The notes below the pieces were generated by a model. That model was not told where the DNA came from and did no database searches. It was given only the letters and a program-made list of their open reading frames with translations. This document shows, in pieces, positions 18,235-28,701 of a DNA stretch of 64,000 nt. Every line of letters starts with the position of its first letter. The first letter of the stretch is position 1. Origin of the DNA: an uncultured Clostridia bacterium (GTDB lineage: Bacteria > Bacillota > Clostridia > Oscillospirales > UBA644). The stretch is taken from positions 13,881 through 77,880 of the forward strand of contig CAOJUB010000004.1 in NCBI GenBank assembly GCA_948443805.1, written 5' to 3'. Position numbers and translations under genes: made by a program.

Positions 18235-19110
18235 ATGAAAAATGAAAGATTTGAACTGAACAAAAATCTGGCGCAAATGTTGAAAGGCGGCGTTATCATG
18301 GATGTAACCACGCCAGAACAAGCTAAAATTGCAGAAGAAGCCGGCGCGTGCGCGGTTATGGCTCTGGAACGAATTCCGGCGGATATCCGGGCTGCCGGAG
18401 GCGTTTCGAGAATGAGCGATCCGAAAATGATCAAGGGCATTCAGCAGGCCGTTTCTATCCCCGTTATGGCAAAATGCAGAATCGGCCATTTTGCTGAAGC
18501 ACAGATTCTTCAGGCAATTGAAATTGATTACATCGATGAAAGCGAAGTTCTCTCCCCTGCCGACGATAAATACCATATTGACAAAACAGCATTTGACGTT
18601 CCCTTTGTCTGCGGCGCCAAAGATCTGGGGGAAGCGCTTCGGAGAATCAATGAGGGAGCCTCTATGATCCGGACTAAAGGCGAACCCGGTACCGGCGACG
18701 TCGTTCAGGCAGTCCGCCATATGCGGATGATGCAGAGCGAGATCCGGAAACTTACCGCCATGCGGGAGGACGAACTGTTTGACGCTGCAAAGCAGTTACA
18801 AGTTCCTTATGAACTTGTCCTGTCGGTTCATAAAAATGGAAGACTTCCGGTTGTCAACTTTGCCGCAGGCGGCGTAGCAACCCCGGCAGACGCTGCACTG
18901 ATGATGCAGCTGGGCGCAGAAGGCGTTTTTGTCGGTAGCGGTATATTTAAATCCGGCAATCCGGCCAAACGGGCGGCAGCAATTGTAAAAGCCGTAACAA
19001 ATTTTAACGATGCAAAAGTATTAGCGGAACTTTCTGAAGACCTCGGCGAAGCCATGGTTGGAATCAATGAGCAGGAAATCGAATTGCTGATGGCGGAAAG
19101 AGGAAAATAA
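18235..19110 (+). CDS. pdxS: Pyridoxal 5'-phosphate synthase lyase subunit
   Basis: Near-invariant PdxS sequence ([23 protein letters not shown]). Confidence 0.97.
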   Translation: MKNERFELNKNLAQMLKGGVIMDVTTPEQAKIAEEAGACAVMALERIPADIRAAGGVSRMSDPKMIKGIQQAVSIPVMAKCRIGHFAEAQILQAIEIDYIDESEVLSPADDKYHIDKTAFDVPFVCGAKDLGEALRRINEGASMIRTKGEPGTGDVVQAVRHMRMMQSEIRKLTAMREDELFDAAKQLQVPYELVLSVHKNGRLPVVNFAAGGVATPADAALMMQLGAEGVFVGSGIFKSGNPAKRAAAIVKAVTNFNDAKVLAELSEDLGEAMVGINEQEIELLMAERGK

Positions 19111-19155
19111 AAAACTATCAGCTGCAGTTATTAAAGCATTTGCAGCAGAACGGAA

Positions 19156-19728
19156 ATGAAAATGAAAATAGGCGTACTAGCATTACAGGGCGCATTTATT
19201 GAACACCGAAAAATGCTGTCCTTATTAAATACTGAAAGCTTTGAAATCCGGCAAAAAAAAGATATAGAAATCCCTTTTGACGGACTGATTCTTCCGGGAG
19301 GAGAAAGCACCGTAATCGGGAAATTGCTGCGGGAACTTGGCCTTTTTGAACCGCTCCGGGAAAAAATTTTAGGAGGATTCCCCGTATTCGGAACCTGCGC
19401 GGGACTGCTGCTGCTTGCCAAAACAATAGAAAACGACAGTCGAAGTCATTTTGCCGCAATGGATATTACCGCAAAGAGGAATGCTTACGGACGGCAATTG
19501 GGCAGTTTTTATGCGGAAGCACCTTTCGGCGAAACGAAAACCATTCCCATGACGTTCATCCGCGCCCCATATATCTCAAAAGCGGAAAAAACGGTAACCG
19601 TTTTATCAGAGGTTGAAGGTAAAATCGTTGCGGCAAGACAAAACCGAATGCTTGTCACTTCGTTTCATCCCGAGCTGAATGAAAATCAAACGGTGCATCA
19701 GTATTTTTTAAATATGATCAAACAATAA
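19156..19728 (+). CDS. pdxT: Pyridoxal 5'-phosphate synthase glutaminase subunit
   Basis: IGVLALQG, PGGEST and GTCAG (catalytic Cys) motifs. Alternative ATG at 19162. Confidence 0.95.
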   Translation: MKMKIGVLALQGAFIEHRKMLSLLNTESFEIRQKKDIEIPFDGLILPGGESTVIGKLLRELGLFEPLREKILGGFPVFGTCAGLLLLAKTIENDSRSHFAAMDITAKRNAYGRQLGSFYAEAPFGETKTIPMTFIRAPYISKAEKTVTVLSEVEGKIVAARQNRMLVTSFHPELNENQTVHQYFLNMIKQ

Positions 19729-19739
19729 AAACAGAATCT

Positions 19740-19771
19740 GTCGCAGAGAAAAACTCTGCGACGTTTTTTTT
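19740..19771 (+). terminator. Rho-independent terminator
   Basis: GTCGCAGAG / CTCTGCGAC stem, AAAAA loop, T8 run. Confidence 0.9.
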
Positions 19772-20035
19772 ACTTCATCCCCGGATCAAGCAAATAAAAA
19801 TTTATTCCGCACATTTATTTTTCAGTATTTGAATTTCAGACGAAGTAAGTCCAATTTCATGGAAACAATTTGCCGCCTGAGGTGTTTCCGGAATATCATT
19901 TCCTTCTTCAATCGGTATGGAATAATAAGAAATTCCCACCGTTTGGTTTGGCCGAAATTCAAAGAAAAAAAAATACTATTGTTTTTTTTATTATACAATA
20001 TTTTTGTAAAAAAAACAAGTTCTTTTTCTTTGCGG

Positions 20036-20064
20036 GAATATTTTTTTTATTCGGGTTTATAATA
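20036..20064 (+). promoter_or_regulatory. Candidate forespore (sigma-G/F-like) promoter GAATA-17-TATAATA
   Basis: Resembles the GHATR-17/18-CATxxTA consensus expected for spoVA operons. The first -10 base is T, not C. No TTGACA-like -35 for sigma-A. Confidence 0.35.
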
Positions 20065-20095
20065 CAATTTGAAAAAAACAGAGGAGTTGTTTTTC

Positions 20096-20539
20096 TTGAA
20101 ACAGGAAGAATATAAAAAATTAGTCAAAGAGAAAACAGAAAATTCCCCCCTGGCAAAAGACTGTATTTTCGCTTTTTTAATCGGGGGAGCAATCTGTCTT
20201 CTGGGGCAATTCATCAACAGTTTTTATACCGGAACATTACATTTAGAAAAAGATTCCGCCGCAGCGTTTACATCAATCACCTTGATTGGGCTCAGCGCTT
20301 TGCTGACCGGAATCGGGCTTTACGATAAACTGGCCAAATACGGCGGCGCCGGAACGCTTGTCCCGATCACGGGATTTTCCAATTCCGTGGCCTCCCCCGC
20401 CATTGAATTCAAAAAAGAAGGACTTATTCTGGGAATGGCGCCGAAAATGTTTATTATTGCAGGGCCTGTTATTGTATATGGCACCGTAGCCTCGGCAATT
20501 TACGGAATCATATATCTGATTATTCAGAACTTTTTCTAA
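20096..20539 (+). CDS. spoVAC: Stage V sporulation protein AC
   Basis: SpoVAC motifs (GAGTLVPITGFSNSV). Start moved to in-frame TTG 20096, 9 nt after GAGGAG, because the track start at 20069 is also TTG but has no RBS. Confidence 0.9.
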   Translation: MKQEEYKKLVKEKTENSPLAKDCIFAFLIGGAICLLGQFINSFYTGTLHLEKDSAAAFTSITLIGLSALLTGIGLYDKLAKYGGAGTLVPITGFSNSVASPAIEFKKEGLILGMAPKMFIIAGPVIVYGTVASAIYGIIYLIIQNFF

Positions 20540-20577
20540 AGCAGAAACCGGATTCTAAAGAAAGGTACGATGAGGTA

Positions 20578-21591
20578 ATGAAAAAAATAGGAAGCGGAAC
20601 TTACAGACTCGCCAACCCTGTCGATATTACGGCACAGGAAGCCATTGTCGGGAAAATAGAAAAGGAAGGGCCGCTCGGAAAATATTTTACAAATTATTCA
20701 GAAGATGAGTATTTCGGTGAGGAAACGTTTGAAAAAGCAGAAAGCCGAATGCAAAAGGAGGTTTTAAACCGTGTTCTCGAACAATCAAAAGCTTCTCCAA
20801 AACCTATCGACTTCGTCTTTGCAGGCGATCTGCTCAATCAGTGCATTGGTTCGAATTACAGTATTCGCGATCTTAACATGCAATTTTTTGGGCTGTATGG
20901 CGCTTGTTCTACGATGGCGGAAGCGATAACCCTTGCCTGCATGGCAATCGATGGCGGTTTTGCCGAAAGAAGCATAGCTATGACGTCGTCACATTTCTGT
21001 TCGGCAGAACGGCAATTCCGTTTTCCGCTTGAATACGGAAGCCAGCGGCCGCCGGCAGCGCAATGGACCGTAACCGGTTCAGGCTGTCTGCTTCTTGAAA
21101 CCGGCAAAGTAGGATCAGGCTGTCCGAAAGTTACGGAAATTTGTCCCGGCGCCATTTGCGATATGGGCATTTCGGATCAAAACAATATGGGCGCGGCAAT
21201 GGCCGCTGCGGCGGAACTGACGATCAAAAGATTCCTGGACGACACCAAAAGTTCACCGGAAGATTACGACCTGATTGTTACTGGGGATCTTGGTCATATC
21301 GGACACAGCATTTTGGTGGAACTTCTTGCTAAAGACAATATACAGGCCGGAAGCAATTTTGATGACTGCGGAAAGATGATTTTTGATAAGAATTCTCAGG
21401 ATACGCATTCCGGAGGTTCCGGCTGCGGCTGTTCGGCAACAGTTCTGGCTGGATATATTCTGCCGGAAATGAAAAAAGGAACTCTGAAAAATGTTCTTTT
21501 TATCGCAACCGGCGCACTAATGAGCCCGGTTAGTACCCTTCAGAATGAAAGTATTCCGGGAATTGCACATTTGATTCATATAACGGCGTAA
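20578..21591 (+). CDS. spoVAD: Stage V sporulation protein AD
   Basis: Thiolase-like SpoVAD, 337 aa, in conserved C-D-E order. Confidence 0.93.
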   Translation: MKKIGSGTYRLANPVDITAQEAIVGKIEKEGPLGKYFTNYSEDEYFGEETFEKAESRMQKEVLNRVLEQSKASPKPIDFVFAGDLLNQCIGSNYSIRDLNMQFFGLYGACSTMAEAITLACMAIDGGFAERSIAMTSSHFCSAERQFRFPLEYGSQRPPAAQWTVTGSGCLLLETGKVGSGCPKVTEICPGAICDMGISDQNNMGAAMAAAAELTIKRFLDDTKSSPEDYDLIVTGDLGHIGHSILVELLAKDNIQAGSNFDDCGKMIFDKNSQDTHSGGSGCGCSATVLAGYILPEMKKGTLKNVLFIATGALMSPVSTLQNESIPGIAHLIHITA

Positions 21592-21603
21592 AGGAGAGAA
21601 ACG

Positions 21604-21957
21604 ATGATCTATTTAAACAGTTTTTTGTTCGGCGGTCTGTTATGCGTCGTCGGGCAAATCCTGATCAGCAAAACAAAATTGACCCCGGCAAGAATTTTGA
21701 CCGGCTATGTCGTTGCCGGCGTAATCCTCTCCGCGTTTGGACTATATGAAAAATTTGTCGAATTTGCAGGAGCCGGCGCTACTGTTCCCCTAACCGGATT
21801 CGGCCACCTGTTAGCGAAAGGAATCCGGAAAGCGGTAACAGAAACCGGTTTTCTCGGTGTGTTTACCGGTGGAATAACGGCCGCAGCAGCAGGTATTGCT
21901 TCCGCAGTTCTGTTCGCGTTTATCGTTGGGTTGCTGTTTTCTTCCAAAAGAAAATAA
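21604..21957 (+). CDS. spoVAE: Stage V sporulation protein AE (AEB type)
   Basis: 117-aa membrane paralogue of SpoVAC (GAGATVPLTGFGH). Confidence 0.9.
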   Translation: MIYLNSFLFGGLLCVVGQILISKTKLTPARILTGYVVAGVILSAFGLYEKFVEFAGAGATVPLTGFGHLLAKGIRKAVTETGFLGVFTGGITAAAAGIASAVLFAFIVGLLFSSKRK

Positions 21958-22032
21958 AAAACAGCAGAACGATTCATAATCTGAATAATAGAAAAAATTT
22001 CAGCGATCAGATCGGAGAGGAGATTCGGTATT

Positions 22033-22527
22033 GTGAAAAAAATACTGCTCGTTGGAGAACAGGACGAATTTTTCATTGCCAAATTTCTCCAACGACATCC
22101 TTCTTATGTTTTTCTATCTTCTTCCGGCGTTCGGCTGCGGAATCTGGATAAAGAAGCTGTGTTTATTTATGATACCGGACATTACTTTGTTGATTTGTCT
22201 CTCAGATATGATATGATTCTTTTTAAAAACAGTCGTTTCGAAAACTTTCCGCTGAAAGAATCACTTTTAAACCCGATCGGAAAAATTTTTCTTTTTTCCG
22301 AAAATCAAAAAGCAAAAAATATGCTGAATAATCAAAAAATACCCTACCGAACAATCGGATTTCAGGAGGGCGATGTCTCGGTTTCCAGCATTACCGAAGA
22401 TGGCGTAACTTTTTTTTGCTGCAAACAGGGAAATGAATATTTTGTTCAGGGAAACTACTTTCCGACAGGAATTTATCCCGTTGTTGCCGGAGAGTTAACC
22501 TCCCTTCTTCTCACCTCTTCCATTTAA
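22033..22527 (+). CDS. Hypothetical protein (164 aa), probably co-transcribed with spoVA
   Basis: GTG start 10 nt after GGAGAGGAG. No hairpin between spoVAE and this gene, and a strong terminator right after it. Confidence 0.6.
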   Translation: MKKILLVGEQDEFFIAKFLQRHPSYVFLSSSGVRLRNLDKEAVFIYDTGHYFVDLSLRYDMILFKNSRFENFPLKESLLNPIGKIFLFSENQKAKNMLNNQKIPYRTIGFQEGDVSVSSITEDGVTFFCCKQGNEYFVQGNYFPTGIYPVVAGELTSLLLTSSI

Positions 22528-22571
22528 AAAGGTTTCTGTCAAATGATAGCGTTTGACAGAAACCTTTTTTT
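22526..22571. terminator. Bidirectional rho-independent terminator
   Basis: AGGTTTCTGTCAAA / TTTGACAGAAACCT 14-bp stem flanked by A4 and T6. Confidence 0.9.
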
Positions 22572-22584
22572 GAAATCTCAGAAC

Positions 22585-23079
22585 TTATTTTATGATCGTA
22601 ATTTCTCCGATAATCGGTAATTTTTTTGCCTTTCCCTGACAAACATTAACAATTCCGATGATTGCAAATATCAAACAAGCGACATTTGCCGCATACCGGA
22701 TTAACCGAAACAAAAATATCAATACCGAAATTCCGCTCAGCGAAAAAATCGCGGAAAGTATTCCCAGAGAAACTGAAAGCGCAATCTCTGTAAGGAAAAG
22801 AACCAACCCCTGGTTTGTATGGAACTGAGCAAATCTCGAATTTTTTGCAGCCAACAATGGAATCAGAAACAAAAGTCCCAAATAAGAAAGCAATGCGATT
22901 CCTTTATTCTGCTGAATATCATTGGCATCAAATTCATCTGTAACATCCTCTACATTAGAAAAAGCGGCAAAGGGGTCGTTCCCCGTATGGTTTTCCCTCG
23001 TAGGCTGAACCGGCGCCCCACAGAACGGACAATATGTAGCATGTTCATCGATTGATTCGTGACAATTTCGGCAAATCAT
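22585..23079 (-). CDS. Zinc-ribbon domain membrane protein (DUF4870-like C-terminus)
   Basis: N-terminal CRNC...CPFCG zinc ribbon followed by three TM helices. Confidence 0.7.
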   Translation of the reverse strand: MICRNCHESIDEHATYCPFCGAPVQPTRENHTGNDPFAAFSNVEDVTDEFDANDIQQNKGIALLSYLGLLFLIPLLAAKNSRFAQFHTNQGLVLFLTEIALSVSLGILSAIFSLSGISVLIFLFRLIRYAANVACLIFAIIGIVNVCQGKAKKLPIIGEITIIK

Positions 23080-23150
23080 TATTCTTCCCTCCGGTAAAAG
23101 TTTCCTTTTTAAATTTATTCGTATTGTTTTGATATTATGAAAAAATATTT

Positions 23151-24326
23151 TTACTGTTTTCTCGCCACACCGGTTTCTACCGCAGCTTTGGCCACAGCAG
23201 AGGCCACGGCGGCAGCGACTCCCCGGTCAAGCGCATCCGGAATAATATAATCCGACCGCAGCTCTTTTTCCGGAATATAATCGGCAATAGCTTTTGTCGC
23301 AGCTATTTTCATTTCTTCATTGATATCCGAAGCCAGGACATCAAGCGCTCCCCTGAAAATCCCGGGAAAGGCCAGAACATTATTGATCTGATTCGGAAAA
23401 TCACTTCTTCCTGTCCCGACAACAGCAGCGCCGGCGGCTAACGCCTCATCCGGCATAATTTCAGGCGTGGGATTCGCCATCGGAAACAAAATCGGATTTT
23501 TCGCCATCAAAGGAATCATTTCCGGTTTCACGCATCCCGGAGCCGATACCCCGACAAAAATATCGCTGTCTTTCATGGCATCAGAAAGTGTACCTTTTCT
23601 GCCGGTTTTATTGGTGATCTCCGCCATATCATGCTGAACAGGGTTCAGCCATGTCTCCCCCTTTGCTACAATACCCGGCCGGTCAACAAGCAACAAATCC
23701 CGAACGCCAAGCCCCAGAATCTGTCTGGCAATCGCAATTCCTGCGGCGCCGGCGCCGTTCACAACAACGGTACAGTCTTTCAGCTCCTTTTTGACAACCC
23801 TGACGGCGTTCATAACTGCAGCGGCGACAACAATCGCAGTTCCGTGCTGATCATCATGAAAGACCGGTATATCACAGCATTCCTTTAATTTTTTTTCAAT
23901 TTCAAAGCATCTCGGCGCGGCAATATCCTCCAGATTGATTCCACCAAAACTGCCAGCAAGCAACGATACTGTTTTTACAATCTCATCAACATCTTTGCTC
24001 CGAATGCAAAGCGGAACGGCATCGACATCGGCAAACGCCTTAAAAAGAGCGCATTTTCCTTCCATAACCGGCATTCCGGCTTCCGGACCGATATCCCCCA
24101 AACCGAGAACCGCCGTACCGTCAGTTACAACGGCAATCAGATTTCCTCGCCGGGTCAGCATATAACTTTTTTGAATATCTTCTTTGATTTCCAGACAAGG
24201 CTGGGCAACGCCGGGTGTATATGCCAAAGAAAGGTCCTCTCTGGTCTTAACTTCGGCTCGGCTGACCACTTCAATCTTACCCTGCCATTCATAATGTTTT
24301 TTCAGGGATTCTTTTGCATAATCCAT
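23151..24326 (-). CDS. NAD(P)-dependent malic enzyme (oxaloacetate-decarboxylating)
   Basis: Short prokaryotic malic-enzyme type: YTPGVA, VTDGTAVLGLGDIG and GAGAAG Rossmann motifs. Confidence 0.93.
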   Translation of the reverse strand: MDYAKESLKKHYEWQGKIEVVSRAEVKTREDLSLAYTPGVAQPCLEIKEDIQKSYMLTRRGNLIAVVTDGTAVLGLGDIGPEAGMPVMEGKCALFKAFADVDAVPLCIRSKDVDEIVKTVSLLAGSFGGINLEDIAAPRCFEIEKKLKECCDIPVFHDDQHGTAIVVAAAVMNAVRVVKKELKDCTVVVNGAGAAGIAIARQILGLGVRDLLLVDRPGIVAKGETWLNPVQHDMAEITNKTGRKGTLSDAMKDSDIFVGVSAPGCVKPEMIPLMAKNPILFPMANPTPEIMPDEALAAGAAVVGTGRSDFPNQINNVLAFPGIFRGALDVLASDINEEMKIAATKAIADYIPEKELRSDYIIPDALDRGVAAAVASAVAKAAVETGVARKQ

Positions 24327-24352
24327 GATCTTTCTCCCTACATATTTCTGAT

Positions 24353-25432
24353 TTATTTATTTTTGCTTACAATATCAACCCAAAGTTCGTTCATCAGATC
24401 GTTAATTTTATCCGGAAGAACCTCAAAATATTCCCATGTTTCAGGAATTTCAGACGGATACGCAACCTCGCTGTTTTTCAGATCTTCATCTAAAATATCA
24501 TAAACGGCCTGATTCGGCGTAGAATACCCAAGATATTCCGTATTGCATTTACCAACGTCTGCACGCAGCATAAAATTGATAAACTGTTCTGCAAGGTCTT
24601 TATTTTTGCTGGCAGCCGGGACACACATTACATCGTTAAAAATATTCGTTCCGCTTTCCGGACGGACAAAAGCTAAATCTTCGTTATCCTGAAGAACATC
24701 AAGATAATCTCCGGCATAGTAAGGACCGATTGCCGCTCCGCCCGAAGGCATGAGCTCGAAAAATTCATCCATGACAAAATTGAATTTTTGTTTTTTCAAT
24801 TCTTCGGCAGCCTCTTTTATTTGCTCCTCATTTACCGTATTCATTGAATAACCGAGTTTATTGAGAGCAATGGCAAAAGCGTCCCGCGGATTATTGAACA
24901 TCAGAATCATATTCGGCGGATACTGATCACTCCAAAGGATATCCCAGCTATTGACTTCTTCGCTCACCATAGACGTATTGTAAATAATTCCGACCGTTCC
25001 CCAGAAATAAGGCACCGTATATTTATTTTCCGGATCGTAATAGGGATTTTTAAAACGATCGATAATATTCGAAAAATTGGGGATATTCTCAAAATCCAAT
25101 TCTGCGATCATATCTTCGTTAATCATTCGTTGAACCATATAGTCCGAAGGGAAAATAATATCATAATTCACGCCGCCGGCTTTCATTGTGGAATAAAGCG
25201 TTTCATTTGTCTCCGCCGTCAGATATTCCACTTCGATACCGGTTTCTTCTTCAAATTTCTTGATAACGTCAAAAAATCCATCTTCATCTGAATCACAGAT
25301 ATACTCGCCCCAATTACAAATAACCAGTTTTCTGTTTTTCGCATTCTCACCGTCCGAAGAACAGGAAGAAAAAATTCCGGTTCCGGCAAACAACAAGGAA
25401 AGAACCAGCAAAAAAGAAATTATTTTTTTCAT
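24353..25432 (-). CDS. potD: Spermidine/putrescine ABC transporter substrate-binding lipoprotein
   Basis: Lipobox FSSC, PotD-like sequence, last gene of the potABCD order. Confidence 0.9.
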   Translation of the reverse strand: MKKIISFLLVLSLLFAGTGIFSSCSSDGENAKNRKLVICNWGEYICDSDEDGFFDVIKKFEEETGIEVEYLTAETNETLYSTMKAGGVNYDIIFPSDYMVQRMINEDMIAELDFENIPNFSNIIDRFKNPYYDPENKYTVPYFWGTVGIIYNTSMVSEEVNSWDILWSDQYPPNMILMFNNPRDAFAIALNKLGYSMNTVNEEQIKEAAEELKKQKFNFVMDEFFELMPSGGAAIGPYYAGDYLDVLQDNEDLAFVRPESGTNIFNDVMCVPAASKNKDLAEQFINFMLRADVGKCNTEYLGYSTPNQAVYDILDEDLKNSEVAYPSEIPETWEYFEVLPDKINDLMNELWVDIVSKNK

Positions 25433-25448
25433 AGAACATACCTCTTTT

Positions 25449-26246
25449 CTATATTTTCACTTTATTTTTTTCTCGTTTTTCTTCAATAACTTCTCTTATG
25501 TTCATCAAAATCAAAACAAAAAGAATAATGAGGAACAGTAATCCCGAAAGAGAGAGCATCCAGGGTTTGACTCCTTTTTTTAAGCTGTTATTAATAAAGA
25601 TTGACAGGGTCTGGAAAGAACCGCCGGTAAAATAGGTAATAACAAAGTCGTCAACCGAATAGGTAAACGCAATCAACATTCCGGCAAAAACACCGGGGAA
25701 AATTTCCGGCAAAACGACTTTAAAAAAGGCCTGAAACGGCCGGCAGCCCAAATCCATTGCCGCTTCGTACATATTCATATCCATTCGCCGAAGCCTGGGA
25801 AGAATATTCAGTACAATATAAGGTGTGTTAAAAACAATATGAGCGATCAAAACTGTAAAAAAGCCGAGATTTTTTCCGAAAATCAAAATAAATATCAGCA
25901 TCAAAGAAATACCGGTGACGATTTCCGGATTGATAATCGGAAGATTGGAAACATTTAAAACTGCTGTTCTTGCTTTTTTTCTTAAATTAAAAATTCCAAT
26001 TGCGCCGCAGGTTCCGAGGATCGCAGAAAAAAAGGAAGAAAGGAAAGCGATGATCAAAGTATTGCTCAAAGCATTCATCAGATTTTCATTCTTAAAAATA
26101 TCAATATAGTGCTTCAGCGTAAACGATTCAAAATTCGTAATCTGCGTGGCGTTTGAATTAAACGAGAAAAAAATCATCAAAACAATCGGAGCATACAGAA
26201 AGAAAAAAATCAAGGCTAGATACACGCCGGAGACTGTTTTTTTCAT
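25449..26246 (-). CDS. potC: Spermidine/putrescine ABC transporter permease
   Basis: BPD-transporter EAA loop (EAAMDLG). Start at ATG 26246, 6 nt after AGGAGG. Confidence 0.9.
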   Translation of the reverse strand: MKKTVSGVYLALIFFFLYAPIVLMIFFSFNSNATQITNFESFTLKHYIDIFKNENLMNALSNTLIIAFLSSFFSAILGTCGAIGIFNLRKKARTAVLNVSNLPIINPEIVTGISLMLIFILIFGKNLGFFTVLIAHIVFNTPYIVLNILPRLRRMDMNMYEAAMDLGCRPFQAFFKVVLPEIFPGVFAGMLIAFTYSVDDFVITYFTGGSFQTLSIFINNSLKKGVKPWMLSLSGLLFLIILFVLILMNIREVIEEKREKNKVKI

Positions 26247-26256
26247 AGTATTCCTC

Positions 26257-27060
26257 CTATACAATTCCCGCATCTTCCCCGTTATCAAAACGGTTCATAA
26301 TTGCCATACTGATCAAAATAATCACCATAAGAACAAGGGAAAGCATTGAGCCGGCCTGCATATTAAACGACCCGCCTTTGTAATACTGATCGATGGTATC
26401 GCCGATCAAACTGTAACCGCCCAAACGAAGACTGATAACAAAGGTGCTTGCCGCCGGAACAAAAACCATTGTAATACCGGTAACAATCCCCGGTATGCTC
26501 ATCGGCAGAATAATACGGCGGAGCACATTAAATGAATTACAGCCGAGATCCTCCCCCGCTTCAATAACCGAACGGCTGATTTTAGATACCGAAGTGTAAA
26601 TGGGAAGAACCATAAACGGAAGATAATTATAAACAACACCGATGACAATTGCCGTTGTCGTATGGTAAATGGTATTGGGACCAAAACCGAATACTCCTAG
26701 GATACTGTCCAAAATACCGTTTGGACGAAGAATAATCACCCATGCGCAAATCCGGAGAATAAAATTCATCCACATCGGCAGCATAATCAGCATATTCATC
26801 ATCCGCTGCATGGAAGCTTTCATATTCGCCATGATCAAAGCCAGCGGATACGCCAAAATCAAACAAATTGCGGTAGAAATCAGTGCGACCTTTAAAGAAT
26901 CCCAATAAATCGGCAAATGTTTAGGAATATACTGAAGATTCTCTAAGGTAAAAGCGCCGGATTTATCGGTAAAAGCATAATAGAGAACCATAAAAAGAGG
27001 GATCACAACAAAAATAGCCATCCAAACTGTATAAGGAAAGAGTAATTTTTTCGATTTCAT
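26257..27060 (-). CDS. potB: Spermidine/putrescine ABC transporter permease
   Basis: EAA loop (EAGEDLG). ATGA overlap with the potA stop. Confidence 0.9.
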   Translation of the reverse strand: MKSKKLLFPYTVWMAIFVVIPLFMVLYYAFTDKSGAFTLENLQYIPKHLPIYWDSLKVALISTAICLILAYPLALIMANMKASMQRMMNMLIMLPMWMNFILRICAWVIILRPNGILDSILGVFGFGPNTIYHTTTAIVIGVVYNYLPFMVLPIYTSVSKISRSVIEAGEDLGCNSFNVLRRIILPMSIPGIVTGITMVFVPAASTFVISLRLGGYSLIGDTIDQYYKGGSFNMQAGSMLSLVLMVIILISMAIMNRFDNGEDAGIV

Positions 27061-28478
27061 TTTTTCGTTTCCTCCGGTTCGGAAACAGGCAGGCGAACGG
27101 CTGCTGCGTCCAGAATTACCCCTACGGTAGTCCCCGCCTGTTCGTCCATCTGCGAAGACGCAAGATAACGGGTCTGTTGCCCTTCCGTTTCGAAAAGGAT
27201 CTCATAATGATCGGCTTTCCAGATCACACTCTCCACATAAGCGTTAAAGTCGCCTTCATCCGCCGCAGTAAAAGAAAATGCTTCCGGAGGAATCCGAACA
27301 GTGAAACGAGAATCGTTATCTGTTTCCGGATCCAAAACGCCCTCAACAGAATATTCTTTGCCTTCTAAAATAAAAGACAGCCGCTGCTCTTCTTCATGAT
27401 ACTCTTTTTTTTCAACAAGAGGCTCACAAATACTCCAGGAATACATTTTTTTCATGATATGAATATCTTCCGAATCAATTTTCATCCCGATCGTTTCCCC
27501 CACCGTTGCGGAATCTATGGAATGGATCAACCAGATTTTTCCTTCAGAATTCACCGTCATTTCATAGTGAACGCCTTTAAAAAGACTGCTTTCAACAATA
27601 CCGGAAATATTCCCTTCTTCTTTAGAAACAATTTGAATATCTTCCGGACGGACAACCACGTCCACATGTTTTTTTGCTTCCGGACGGGGGTCTACACAAG
27701 GCAGGGTAAAACTGCCGACAGAAACAGAATAATCTTCCGTCATTTTTCCGTCAATAATATTGCTTTCTCCGATAAAATCGGCAACAAAAGCGTTGATCGG
27801 CTCATTGTAAATATCCTGCGGAGAACCGATCTGCTGAATGACGCCGTTATTCATAACAACAACCGTATCGGACATGGTAAGCGCTTCTTCCTGGTCGTGC
27901 GTCACATATATAAAAGTAATCCCCGTTTTTTGCTGCATATTCTTCAATTCCAGCTGCATATCTTTACGGAGCTTTAAATCCAGCGCGCCAAGCGGCTCGT
28001 CCAGAAGTAAAACATTCGGATGATTAATCAACGCCCGGGCAATCGCAACCCGCTGCTGCTGCCCGCCGGAAAGTGAAGAAACCGAACGGTTTTCGTAACC
28101 GCTCAGGTCAACCAGTTTCAGCATTTCTTTCACTTTACCTGGGATTTCATTTTTCGGCGTTTTGCTGATCCTTAAACCAAAGGCTACATTTTCAAACACA
28201 TTTAAATGAGGAAACAGCGCGTATTTTTGAAAAACCGTATTGACATTTCTTTTATGCGGGGGAAGTTTATTAATTTTTTTTCCGGCAAAAAAAACGTTAC
28301 CGCTGTCCTGCTGCGTAAAACCGCCGATAATCCTCAGCGTAGTGGTCTTTCCGCAGCCGCTCGGCCCCAGTAACGTAACAAATTCCTTATCTTTGATTTC
28401 TAAATTTAATTTATCAAGAATCACTTCTCCGTCAAAGGCAATGGAAATATCCTCCAATCGAATAATGACCTCGGCCAT
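27057..28478 (-). CDS. potA: Spermidine/putrescine ABC transporter ATPase with an extra C-terminal TOBE-like domain
   Basis: Walker [10 protein letters not shown], signature LSGGQQQR, Walker B LLLDEP. 473 aa, with about 130 aa beyond the usual PotA C-terminus. Confidence 0.93.
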   Translation of the reverse strand: MAEVIIRLEDISIAFDGEVILDKLNLEIKDKEFVTLLGPSGCGKTTTLRIIGGFTQQDSGNVFFAGKKINKLPPHKRNVNTVFQKYALFPHLNVFENVAFGLRISKTPKNEIPGKVKEMLKLVDLSGYENRSVSSLSGGQQQRVAIARALINHPNVLLLDEPLGALDLKLRKDMQLELKNMQQKTGITFIYVTHDQEEALTMSDTVVVMNNGVIQQIGSPQDIYNEPINAFVADFIGESNIIDGKMTEDYSVSVGSFTLPCVDPRPEAKKHVDVVVRPEDIQIVSKEEGNISGIVESSLFKGVHYEMTVNSEGKIWLIHSIDSATVGETIGMKIDSEDIHIMKKMYSWSICEPLVEKKEYHEEEQRLSFILEGKEYSVEGVLDPETDNDSRFTVRIPPEAFSFTAADEGDFNAYVESVIWKADHYEILFETEGQQTRYLASSQMDEQAGTTVGVILDAAAVRLPVSEPEETKK

Positions 28479-28513
28479 CTATCTATCTCCCTTCCAATTG
28501 TAAATTCAACTAT

Positions 28514-28542
28514 ATAATAGTCTTTTTTTTCTACTTTGTCAA
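28514..28542 (-). promoter_or_regulatory. Sigma-A-type promoter TTGACA-17-TATTAT
   Basis: Read on the minus strand upstream of potA. Confidence 0.55.
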
Positions 28543-28701
28543 GGATTTTCCTGTGTTTTTTTTGCATATTTCAGGATTAGCCCTGTACGAAGCAATCCTT
28601 TCCGTCAAATTTCTTCAAGATTCTCTCTATTTCTTCTAAATACTAAAAAAATAGCGACAAACACGAATTTTATTCCGAGTCAAGGGCAAGAAATGGTAAT
28701 C

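Noticed and set aside
19802-19978. 57-codon open frame on the minus strand (…GISYYSIPIEEGNDIPETPQAANCFHEIGLTSSEIQILKNKCAE*) in the pdxT-spoVAC spacer, a possible gene relic or small HTH-like ORF
   Set aside because: It is bounded upstream by TAG, with no ATG and no RBS before the only GTG. It is flanked by A/T homopolymers. It may be a decayed gene fragment, but I cannot support it as a gene or pseudogene without a homology search. The plus-strand track ORFs here (19829-20062, 19870-20115) look equally non-coding.
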